The notes beneath the pieces were generated by a model. It saw only the letters and a list, made by a program, of their open reading frames with translations, was not told the DNA's origin and made no database searches. From assembly GCA_044358425.1 (NCBI GenBank), contig CP054849.1, positions 772,506 to 782,833 of the forward strand: a stretch of 10,328 bases of DNA. The letters run 5' to 3'. The translations under genes and the position numbers were made by a program. Positions 1-7,430 of the stretch are shown piece by piece (position 1 is the first letter of the stretch; each line of letters begins with the position of its first letter). This DNA is from Marine Group I thaumarchaeote (lineage in GTDB: Archaea; Thermoproteota; Nitrososphaeria; Nitrososphaerales; Nitrosopumilaceae).

Positions 1-384
1 TCGAATACTATTTCGCAATGAACGGGAAACAGCTCCTGTAGCACCTCTTGATGCGATACTTCGAATGTATGTTCCTGAATCAGTAGATTCACTCATTCTA
101 ACTCTATCACCCAATATGGCCCCACCAGTAACATGACTAGTAGGATCAATTGCCAAGACAGCAGGTTTGGAGCCCAATTTTTTTAGAGACATTGCAGTTT
201 TGTTGATAAGAGAACTTTTTCCAGCTCCTGCAGGGCCAGTAATTCCAATTATACTAGATTTTCCAGTATCTTTAAAAATTTTTTTTAATAATTTTCTTGT
301 TTCCTTTTGATCATTTTCAACAATTGTAATTGCTTTAGCAATTGCACCACGTTTTCCTTTTTTTAAATCAGAAAGTAAGTCCAC
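1..384 (-). CDS. meaB: Methylmalonyl-CoA mutase-associated GTPase chaperone MeaB/ArgK (LAO/AO family); 5' part only, continues past the left edge
   Basis: Not in the ORF track. Manual translation from GTG at 384 gives 128 open codons: MDLLSDLKKGKRGAIAKAITIVENDQKETRKLLKKIFKDTGKSSIIGITGPAGAGKSSLINK...AVLAIDPTSHVTGGAILGDRVRM...YIRSIASRGATGAVS. It has the P-loop GPAGAGKS and the MeaB signatures DPTSxxTGGAILGDRxRM and IRSxASRG. The mutase B12 subunit is nearby. Confidence 0.93.
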   Translation of the reverse strand, partial: MDLLSDLKKGKRGAIAKAITIVENDQKETRKLLKKIFKDTGKSSIIGITGPAGAGKSSLINKTAMSLKKLGSKPAVLAIDPTSHVTGGAILGDRVRMSESTDSGTYIRSIASRGATGAVSRSLRNSIR

Positions 385-428
385 TAGTAAATATGATTTA
401 GAAGGTACAATAAAATCTTGTATATGAT

Positions 429-836
429 CTAAGAGGGGTCATAAATGACATTTGGGATAGAAGTACCAATTTCATGAATTTCAGTCTTAATTTGAACATG
501 ACCAAAGTCCTCATGTTCAACTTCTAAAACAATAGGATGAATTGCCCAACCATATTTTGGTTTATTTGGAAATTGTATTATTTCTATGAATTCAGAATCA
601 GAAAAAGATTTTTGAAATGAATTTTCCATACCAAGTATTTCAAGAACAACAGAAGTAGTTTTTTTAGATTTATCAAAATAAGAAATTTCAACATAACCAG
701 TATCATAGTAAATTGCTTCTACACTAAAATTTTGACGAAGAGGTTCTTTGTCATCAGTTGCACCACCAGTTAAGAATACAAGTGCTATTACAGTAAAAAC
801 ACCTAGAAATATTGGAGGCCCTAATTTTTTAGCCAT
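429..836 (-). CDS. Hypothetical protein with an N-terminal membrane anchor or signal peptide (135 aa)
   Basis: Basic N-terminus (MAKK) followed by a hydrophobic segment (IFLGVFTVIALVFLTGG), then an acidic beta-rich domain. Overlaps the 3' end of the aminopeptidase gene by 8 nt, consistent with translational coupling. Confidence 0.75.
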   Translation of the reverse strand: MAKKLGPPIFLGVFTVIALVFLTGGATDDKEPLRQNFSVEAIYYDTGYVEISYFDKSKKTTSVVLEILGMENSFQKSFSDSEFIEIIQFPNKPKYGWAIHPIVLEVEHEDFGHVQIKTEIHEIGTSIPNVIYDPS

Positions 837-3330
837 TTTTGAATTCTTTACGCATTACTCTTAAAAATTTAGAATTAATACGAATTCTTTCCAAAGTTTG
901 TTTTTGAGTTCGTTCAGTACCAGGAGTAGAATTCTTTTTGAAAAATAATTTGATTTCATTTTCCATTGAATCATCAGCCACACCTGCAATACTAGCAACA
1001 ATTCGATTAAACAACGGATTTCCATGTCCAACTTTTTTATTGATTTTTTTCCAATTTTTCTTCAACCATGGCCACAAAATCTTATCACCATAAGGATTAG
1101 CGGCAATTTTCATAATAGGTAATTGCATATTTTGAGATCTTACTTCAGATGTTTGAGAGAAGTCCAAAGTCTTAGCAAGGAGTTTTTTATCTTGGAATCC
1201 ACACATAGCACCTAAGAAACGAAGTTTTTGTTCCATTGTCTTTGAATTTGTGTATAATTTTTTTAATTCATTGAAAGTTTTTGAATTTCCATTCCAAGCT
1301 GCAATAGAGCAGATTGGTTCAATTAAATCAGGAGACAAACTATGAGGAGATTTCAAGAATTTTTTATATTTTTGTAGTGCTTCATCAGTAACAGAATCAT
1401 CATTCATTTTTCCTAATGCAGATATTGTAAAGGAACGTAATAATGCATCAGTATGTTTATCACTTTTTCTTGGTTCCCATCCAAGATTAGATAATATTTT
1501 TCTAAAGTAATTAATTGCATAACTACGAATTTCTTCTACAAATTTTTCATCAAATGCCCGGAAATACAATGATGCTAAATTATGTGCAACATTGACAGAT
1601 GCAAGATAACTGTCTTCATCAAAATATGCATCAGAAAAATCAAGATAATTTCTAACTTGTTCATCCCCAGAAACACATAATGAAAATAAATCATTTTGTA
1701 CTGCCCATCTATCAATAGGAGGAATACGTTTTTCATCAACTAACATTTTAAGATCAAGTAAAATTCCTTCATCATATTTTACACGATAGAAACCTTTACG
1801 ACCATAATTTGCAACAAATCCAATTGTGTTTTTTGGTAATTTTACAGACATGGATTTTTTCGAAAATAATTTGTTAGAAATTTCTTTTTCCAAGCCTAAA
1901 GATAATGGAATTGACCACAAACCTTTGCTAAATTTAGAATTAGGTTCAAGTAAGTATCGTTTTTGTTTAATTTTTAAATTATTACCTGTTTGATTAATTT
2001 CAACAAGAGGAAATCCAGGTTGTTTTAACCAAGTATTAATCATTGAAGTCACTGGCATTTTGGATGCTTTTCCAATTGCATCCCACAAATCCTGACCTTT
2101 GGCATTTTTGTATTTGAAATCTGAAAGATATTTTTTTAATCCTTTTTGGAAGTTAGGTTCACCAACATAATTTTCTAACATTCGCAATACACATCCACCT
2201 TTATCATATGAAATTGCATCAAAAATTTCACGGATTTCAGCAGGAGATTTAACATCAACATCAATTGGATGAGTTGTTTTCAATGAATCCAATCCCATTG
2301 CCACATTCATTGCATCCTCAACAAATTGATTCCACAAATCCCATTCAGGATAAAATTTATCCACAAACTTAGTTGCCATAAAAGTAGCAAAACTTTCATT
2401 TAACCACAAATCATTCCACCATTTCATAGTAACCAAATTACCAAACCACATGTGTGCAATTTCATGAGATATTACTTCTGCAATGAATTGTTTGGTCCTA
2501 GTTGAAGATGTTTTTGGATCATAAAGCAAAATTGTTTCTCTAAAAGTAATTGCACCCCAGTTCTCCATTGCACCTGCAGCAAAATCAGGGACAGCAATTA
2601 AATCAAGTTTAGGTAACGGAAATTTAATTCCAAAATATTTTTCATATGAAGTAAGAAGTTTCTTTCCAAGTTCTAAAGAGAATTTACCTTTTGAAGTATT
2701 TCCTTTTGTTGTAACAACTCTAATCTGTATTTTTCCAGCTCTTCCTGTCAGGTATTCAAATTCACCGACTCCAAGATAAATCAAATAAGTGGAAACAAGA
2801 GGGGTTTTTTGAAAATGGTATATAGTTTTGTTGCCAGTTTTTTTCTTTGTTTTTACAGGCATGTTAGATATTGCAGTAAATTTGTTTTCTGCAATAATTG
2901 AAATATCATATGTTGCTTTAGCTTCAGGCTCATCCCAACAAGGAAAAGCACGTCTAGCATCTGCAGCCTCAAATTGTGTTGTTGCAAGATATTTTGTTTT
3001 CCCATTTTGTTCATATTTACTTCGATAAAATCCCAATAATCTATCATTCAATATTCCTTCAAATTCTAAGTGAATAGTACATGAACCGCGTATTTTTTCT
3101 CCAAGTTTAATTTCTAATTCTTCCTTTTTTTCATTTGTTTTTGGAGAGGATTTGATTATTTGTCCTCCAGATTTCACAATACAAGATTTAATTTTTAATT
3201 CAGCACAATTCATTCTAATTATATTTACAGATTTTTTACAATTAACAGAAATGATTTCCAAACCTGTGAAAGTGAATTTTTTTAGATCTGGTTCAAAAGT
3301 TAAATTGTAATTTGTAGGACTTGTATCCAT
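829..3330 (-). CDS. pepN: M1 family zinc aminopeptidase (aminopeptidase N / tricorn-interacting factor F2/F3-like)
   Basis: TQFEAADARRAFPCWDEP, exopeptidase motif GAMENWG, zinc motif HEIAH followed by WWNDLWLNE (HEXXH-x18-E), catalytic Tyr in ISYDKGG, ERAP1-like helical C-terminal domain; 833 aa. Confidence 0.95.
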   Translation of the reverse strand: MDTSPTNYNLTFEPDLKKFTFTGLEIISVNCKKSVNIIRMNCAELKIKSCIVKSGGQIIKSSPKTNEKKEELEIKLGEKIRGSCTIHLEFEGILNDRLLGFYRSKYEQNGKTKYLATTQFEAADARRAFPCWDEPEAKATYDISIIAENKFTAISNMPVKTKKKTGNKTIYHFQKTPLVSTYLIYLGVGEFEYLTGRAGKIQIRVVTTKGNTSKGKFSLELGKKLLTSYEKYFGIKFPLPKLDLIAVPDFAAGAMENWGAITFRETILLYDPKTSSTRTKQFIAEVISHEIAHMWFGNLVTMKWWNDLWLNESFATFMATKFVDKFYPEWDLWNQFVEDAMNVAMGLDSLKTTHPIDVDVKSPAEIREIFDAISYDKGGCVLRMLENYVGEPNFQKGLKKYLSDFKYKNAKGQDLWDAIGKASKMPVTSMINTWLKQPGFPLVEINQTGNNLKIKQKRYLLEPNSKFSKGLWSIPLSLGLEKEISNKLFSKKSMSVKLPKNTIGFVANYGRKGFYRVKYDEGILLDLKMLVDEKRIPPIDRWAVQNDLFSLCVSGDEQVRNYLDFSDAYFDEDSYLASVNVAHNLASLYFRAFDEKFVEEIRSYAINYFRKILSNLGWEPRKSDKHTDALLRSFTISALGKMNDDSVTDEALQKYKKFLKSPHSLSPDLIEPICSIAAWNGNSKTFNELKKLYTNSKTMEQKLRFLGAMCGFQDKKLLAKTLDFSQTSEVRSQNMQLPIMKIAANPYGDKILWPWLKKNWKKINKKVGHGNPLFNRIVASIAGVADDSMENEIKLFFKKNSTPGTERTQKQTLERIRINSKFLRVMRKEFKNG

Positions 3331-3397
3331 AACTTATAGAAAATTTTAGGCTTTATGTAGATTTTCCATATGAGAAAATAATCAAAAATTGTTAAAA

Positions 3398-4327
3398 TTA
3401 TTCAGAAGAATCATCATTTTTTGGAGCTTGATCAGCTTTTAGACCTTTGTACCTATTTCTGATTGTAACTTCAGTAACACCTGCAGCTTCGGCAAGATCA
3501 CGTTGAGTGATAGACACCCCATTTTTGACACAAGAAAGATACAATGCAGTTGCTGCAAGCCCCATTGGGTCTTTACCTGCAGATTCTTTTCGTTCTTGAG
3601 CTTCTTTCAATACTTTAACTGCATAACGTTTAGTTTTTTCAGAAATTTCTAACTTACTTGAAATTCGTGCAATACATTGAATTGAATCAACCACAGGCAT
3701 TTTCAATTCTAATTCGTGATGCAATAATCGATAACATCTTGCAATATCTTTTCTTTTAACATTTGCTGAATCTGCTATATCTTTTAGAGTTCTTGGAGTT
3801 TCTGTATCTCTGCATGCTGCATACAGTGATGCAGCAATCATTGCAGAAATAGAACGACCTCTAACTAATTTTTTTTCTAAAGCTTTTCTGTAAATGTAAG
3901 CTGCTTTTTCAAGAACATTTGCAGGAACTGAAACTTTATCTTTTAATTTATTCAAATCACTAAGTGCTTGTCTAAGATTTCTATCAACAGGTTCGTGAAC
4001 TTGACTTCGGCTATCCCAAGTTCGAAGACGTTCAATTGTGCTTTTCATTGAAGTCGATAACGGTTTTCCAGATGCATCTTTGTTTAGGGGATTAATTACA
4101 GTAGATAATCCCATGTCATGTATCATTAACGATGAAGGGGCACCTGTTCGAGCTGGATCAGCACCACCATCTTTTTGAAATGATCTCCATTCAGGTCCTG
4201 ATTCTTGAGATTTTTCTGAAACCACATAACCACATTTTGAACAAAACTGTTCTCCAGTAACATCATCAGTAAGAAGAGAATTTTTTCCACAACGTAAACA
4301 ACTTGGTGTTGAATTGGCAGCAACCAT
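3398..4327 (-). CDS. tfb: Transcription initiation factor IIB (TFB), one of probably several paralogues
   Basis: N-terminal zinc ribbon (CLRC...CSKCG), B-reader GPEWRSF, HDMGLST linker, two cyclin repeats (RGRS...AASLYAACR; GKDPMGLAATALY), and a C-terminal HTH (TQRDLAEAAGVTEVTIRNRY). Confidence 0.96.
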   Translation of the reverse strand: MVAANSTPSCLRCGKNSLLTDDVTGEQFCSKCGYVVSEKSQESGPEWRSFQKDGGADPARTGAPSSLMIHDMGLSTVINPLNKDASGKPLSTSMKSTIERLRTWDSRSQVHEPVDRNLRQALSDLNKLKDKVSVPANVLEKAAYIYRKALEKKLVRGRSISAMIAASLYAACRDTETPRTLKDIADSANVKRKDIARCYRLLHHELELKMPVVDSIQCIARISSKLEISEKTKRYAVKVLKEAQERKESAGKDPMGLAATALYLSCVKNGVSITQRDLAEAAGVTEVTIRNRYKGLKADQAPKNDDSSE

Positions 4328-4337
4328 TTTGATTACC

Positions 4338-4622
4338 CTAAGAATTTTTCCTAGCTATAGTAATTTCAATTGCTGAGACGTCTCTATTTCTTCCATCAGT
4401 AGAAACAAGAGATTCAGAATTTATTGAAACATTGCTAATTTCAAATGCAGGTTTTGTTTTCTTTAATACTATTTGAGAAACATCAATTGCAGTTGAAGTA
4501 GTCAATCCTCTTGCTTTGATAGTAACAGATGGTTTTGTGGCTAATTGGACAATTGTAGATGTGACATAGGTCATTAGAGGTTTTTTACCGATGAAAATTG
4601 TATCATTTGAATTATTTGACAT
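4338..4622 (-). CDS. albA: Alba (Sac10b family) DNA/RNA-binding chromatin protein
   Basis: IFIGKKPLMTYV, IKARG...AIDVSQIV and GRNRDVSAIEITI match the Alba fold motifs; 94 aa. Its stop is 10 nt before the tfb start, with an SD-like AGGGT (TAG GGTAATCAAA ATG), so the two are probably co-transcribed. Confidence 0.9.
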   Translation of the reverse strand: MSNNSNDTIFIGKKPLMTYVTSTIVQLATKPSVTIKARGLTTSTAIDVSQIVLKKTKPAFEISNVSINSESLVSTDGRNRDVSAIEITIARKNS

Positions 4623-4643
4623 ACAGGAGTAATTTTCAGGTCT

Positions 4644-4651
4644 AATTTAAA
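4644..4651 (-). promoter_or_regulatory. TATA box of the alba-tfb unit (TTTAAATT)
   Basis: On the minus strand TTTAAATT ends 21 nt before the alba ATG, the spacing expected for a leaderless archaeal transcript. Confidence 0.6.
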
Positions 4652-4679
4652 CAGATAGTTCAAAAGATCAATGTCAATT

Positions 4680-4708
4680 ATTAAGATCAGATTGTATTAG
4701 ATCTTAAT
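4680..4708. promoter_or_regulatory. Perfect 9-bp inverted repeat ATTAAGATC-N11-GATCTTAAT; candidate operator in the divergent alba / mutase promoter region
   Basis: 4680-4688 (attaagatc) and 4700-4708 (gatcttaat) are exact reverse complements. The element lies about 30-55 nt upstream of the alba TATA box. Function is inferred. Confidence 0.5.
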
Positions 4709-4774
4709 CGATCAGTCAATTTGATGAAATTCAATACAAACTAACACACGAATGGAATTTCAGATACAAAGACT

Positions 4775-4787
4775 AAACCTTTTAAAA
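4775..4787 (+). promoter_or_regulatory. BRE plus TATA box of the mutase small-subunit gene (AAACC-TTTTAAAA)
   Basis: AAACC followed by TTTTAAAA at 4780-4787, ending 21 nt before the ATG at 4809. Confidence 0.65.
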
Positions 4788-4808
4788 TATACATTATAGA
4801 ACGAAATT

Positions 4809-5231
4809 ATGAAACAAAAAGCAGCATCACGAAATATCAAAATTTTAGTTGCAAAATTAGGTTTGGATGGACATGATAGAGGAGCCCTTGTCTTATGTAG
4901 AGCATTTAGAGACGCAGGAATGGAAGTAATCTATTCAGGATTGTTTGCAACACCAGACAGAATTGCACAAATTGTGGAAGATGAAGACGTAGATGCAGTT
5001 GCAATGAGTTTGTTAAACGGTGCACACGGAACATTGTTTCCAAGAGTCGTTAAAACTCTCAAAAAGAAAGGAATCAAAGATGTACTAATTGTAGGTGGAG
5101 GAGTAATTCCAGAAATTGATCATAAAGACTTGGTTAAATCAGGAGTAGACCACGTATTTGGTCCAGGTACACCATTACCAACAATTATTGAACATATCAA
5201 TACGGGTGTATCTAAATTAAGAAAAATATAA
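4809..5231 (+). CDS. mcmA2: Methylmalonyl-CoA mutase small (cobalamin-binding) subunit; 3-hydroxypropionate/4-hydroxybutyrate CO2-fixation cycle
   Basis: B12 base-off/His-on motif KLGLDGHDRGA (DxHxxG), AFRDAGMEVIYSG, SLLNGAH, VGGGVIP, FGPGT; stand-alone 140-aa domain; meaB is in the same cluster. Confidence 0.92.
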   Translation: MKQKAASRNIKILVAKLGLDGHDRGALVLCRAFRDAGMEVIYSGLFATPDRIAQIVEDEDVDAVAMSLLNGAHGTLFPRVVKTLKKKGIKDVLIVGGGVIPEIDHKDLVKSGVDHVFGPGTPLPTIIEHINTGVSKLRKI

Positions 5232-5243
5232 AATAAAAAAAGA
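5230..5243 (-). terminator. Oligo-T terminator after ilvC
   Basis: The minus strand reads TCTTTTTTTATTTT immediately after the ilvC TAA (T7 at 5235-5241), in the 12-nt gap between convergent genes. Confidence 0.5.
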
Positions 5244-6242
5244 TTATTCTGTGGAATCAGGCCACATCATTTTTCGCATTTCTTTACCAACTTTTTCAAT
5301 TTGGTGTTCATCATTTTTCTTCATGTATTGATCAAATGCTTCTGAACCTTTTGATTGATATTCAGATATCCACTCTTTGTTGAAAGTACCATCTTGAATC
5401 ATGGTAAGAACTTTTTTCATGTTATCTTTGCTTGCAGCATCCATAACCATAGGCCCACGTGTTAAACCACCATATCTTGCAGTTTCACTTACACGTCTCC
5501 ACATACCGTTAATTCCATATCTTTGAATCATATCTACAATTAGTTTGAGTTCATGTAAAACTTCAAAGTATGCAATTTCTGGTTGATATCCTCCTTCAAC
5601 TAGAGTTTCAAATGCATTTGTTACCATAGAAGCTGCACCACCACATAGGTCTGCTTGTTCACCAAACCAATCAGTTTCTACTTCTTCTTTGAAAGCAGTT
5701 TTGATTAATCCAGCTCTTGCACTACCAATTGCTTTGGCAATTCCTAAAGTTCTATCCCAAGCCTTTCCTGTAAAGTCTTGTTCAACTGCAACAATAGATG
5801 GAGTACCAAAGTTATCAAGATAAGTTTCTCGAACTTTGGAACCAGGTCCTTTTGGAGCAACCATAATAAGATCTACATTACTTGGTGCTTCAATCCATTT
5901 GAAATAGATTGCAGCTGCATGAGAAAATGACAATGCTTTTCCTTCTGAAAGATTTGGTTCGATTTCATCTTTGTAAACTTGACCCTGAATCATATCTGGA
6001 AGTAAGATGTGAATAATATCTCCTTGTTTTGTTGCATCTGCAACAGACATTACTTTATGACCATCAGCTTCGGCTTTTTTCCAGCTTTTACCACCTTCTT
6101 TAAGACCGACAATAACATTGAGACCAGAGTCTTTCATGTTATTTGCTTGAGCATCACCTTGAATTCCATAACCGATTACAGCGATTGTTTGATCCTTAAT
6201 TGGATCTAGACTGATTTCGTTATCTTTCCATGTTTTTGCCAT
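5244..6242 (-). CDS. ilvC: Ketol-acid reductoisomerase (class I, short form)
   Basis: Rossmann motif IAVIGYGIQG, MVAPKGPG, Mg-binding EEVETDWFGEQADLCGG, AYFEVLHELKLIVD, SETARYG, HQIEKVGKEMRKMM; 332 aa. TATA-like TTAATATT at 6271-6264. Confidence 0.96.
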   Translation of the reverse strand: MAKTWKDNEISLDPIKDQTIAVIGYGIQGDAQANNMKDSGLNVIVGLKEGGKSWKKAEADGHKVMSVADATKQGDIIHILLPDMIQGQVYKDEIEPNLSEGKALSFSHAAAIYFKWIEAPSNVDLIMVAPKGPGSKVRETYLDNFGTPSIVAVEQDFTGKAWDRTLGIAKAIGSARAGLIKTAFKEEVETDWFGEQADLCGGAASMVTNAFETLVEGGYQPEIAYFEVLHELKLIVDMIQRYGINGMWRRVSETARYGGLTRGPMVMDAASKDNMKKVLTMIQDGTFNKEWISEYQSKGSEAFDQYMKKNDEHQIEKVGKEMRKMMWPDSTE

Positions 6243-6299
6243 AAGGTGTGTAAAGGACGTGCAAATATTAACTATGGAAGTAAATTTAGTGAGAATAAA

Positions 6300-6419
6300 C
6301 TAAATTTCAATAATTTTGTCACAACTACGACATTTTACAGTAACTTTTTCGCCAGGAAGTCGGATAAATCTTTTAGAACCACAATTTGGACAAATCGGAC
6401 AAGAACGTGCAGGCTCCAT
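6300..6419 (-). CDS. Small Cys-rich zinc-ribbon microprotein (39 aa; an in-frame TTG at 6422 is an alternative start)
   Basis: Not in the ORF track. Translation: MEPARSCPICPNCGSKRFIRLPGEKVTVKCRSCDKIIEI*. It has CPNCG and CRSC knuckles separated by 16 residues, fills the ilvC-aSelBL gap on the same strand as its neighbours, and has a TATA-like TTTAATAA at 6451-6444. Confidence 0.72.
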   Translation of the reverse strand: MEPARSCPICPNCGSKRFIRLPGEKVTVKCRSCDKIIEI

Positions 6420-6456
6420 CAAATAGTTAGGATAATGTAGATTTTATTAAATTACG

Positions 6457-7377
6457 CTATAGGATTTTTCCACTACCTAAAATTCTGATAGTAGTAGATT
6501 CAGGTTTTAAAATAACCGCAATATCATTTTTTTTACAAACAATAGGTTTCTCAAAAATTAATTTTAATGGAGTAATTGAAGAGAATTTTGCGGCTTTAGT
6601 TTGTAATCCAATATTTACAAGGCAGCCTTGATTTTCAGCAATTTCACTTTTGTAAAATGGGCTTTTCTCAAAATCAAGTTCAATTTCAGTTTTAATTTCA
6701 ACTGCATCCTCAACAGAAATTACATCACCGCGTCCAACTTCATCAGGTTTTGCACCCTTTACTGCAAGACCAACTCGAGCTGGACAAACAGATTCAGAAA
6801 CAGGATCATCGTGCATCTGAATTGATTTTATTAAAACATCAATGTTGTGAGGATATAATTTCAAATTATCATATTGTTTAATTGTTCCATTAGTTACTTT
6901 ACCCAAAATAACAGTTCCAACACCTTTGACATCAAAACAATGATCAATTAATAATTCAGCAGGATTGTCATTTGTGATGGGTTCAAGTGTATTCATCTCT
7001 TCTTTAATTTTATCTTGCTCCACACGAGTATAATTTTCAACAACAGTTCCCTTGATCATCATGTTTAGTTTTGATTCATCAACATCAAATGTATGGGACA
7101 AAATTCCTTTTTCTTTTTTTAAAGAATCCAAAGCAATGATTTGTTCGCCAGTAAATTTGTCTAGTTTATCTACATGAAAGATTACATATTCAGCTAAATT
7201 AATGGCCTGAAATAGAGGTTGAATTTTTTCTGGAAATCCATTTGGAATAACCCAAGTTTTGATAATATCAGACTCTTTTCTATCATAAAGAGTCAAATCA
7301 GACTCTGTACCTTTTTTTCCAAATTCTGATGCAATACCTTGCTTTCCTAATACAACAAAATTGATAGATTTTACCAT
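6457..7377 (-). CDS. Archaeal SelB-like translation factor (aSelBL): EF-Tu/SelB domain II/III protein with a degenerate G domain
   Basis: The N-terminal GKKGTESDLTLY replaces a canonical P-loop. FPEKIQPL and GEQIIALD are aSelBL-type motifs. EF-Tu domain II: IDHCFDVKGVGTVILG...IKSIQMHD...RVGLAVKG...RGDVI. C-terminal RILGSG. At 306 aa it lacks SelB domain IV. Confidence 0.85.
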   Translation of the reverse strand: MVKSINFVVLGKQGIASEFGKKGTESDLTLYDRKESDIIKTWVIPNGFPEKIQPLFQAINLAEYVIFHVDKLDKFTGEQIIALDSLKKEKGILSHTFDVDESKLNMMIKGTVVENYTRVEQDKIKEEMNTLEPITNDNPAELLIDHCFDVKGVGTVILGKVTNGTIKQYDNLKLYPHNIDVLIKSIQMHDDPVSESVCPARVGLAVKGAKPDEVGRGDVISVEDAVEIKTEIELDFEKSPFYKSEIAENQGCLVNIGLQTKAAKFSSITPLKLIFEKPIVCKKNDIAVILKPESTTIRILGSGKIL

Positions 7378-7430
7378 AATTATAAAACAAAAAATTCGTT
7401 CTTATGAATTTTTGAATTTAAAATTAATGA

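Noticed and set aside
271-294. Possible frameshift at the poly-A/T runs in meaB
   Set aside because: Codon-by-codon reading stays in frame (RKLLKKIFKD) through to the P-loop.
2828-3047. Track ORFs 2828-3028 (+) and 2853-3047 (-)
   Set aside because: Both lie entirely inside the conserved aminopeptidase gene (antisense or alternative frame) and have no motifs.
4126-4323. 65-aa alternative-frame ORF inside tfb
   Set aside because: It shadows the conserved zinc ribbon and B-reader region and has no independent signals.
6009-6209. 66-aa + strand ORF with several Cys
   Set aside because: Antisense to ilvC; the Cys codons are reverse complements of Ala/Thr codons.
6246-6440. 64-aa + strand track ORF in the ilvC-aSelBL gap
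   Set aside because: It runs over the ilvC promoter, has no motifs, and is antisense to the better supported 39-aa zinc-ribbon ORF (6300-6419).
6628-6825. 65-aa + strand ORF
   Set aside because: Antisense shadow of aSelBL.
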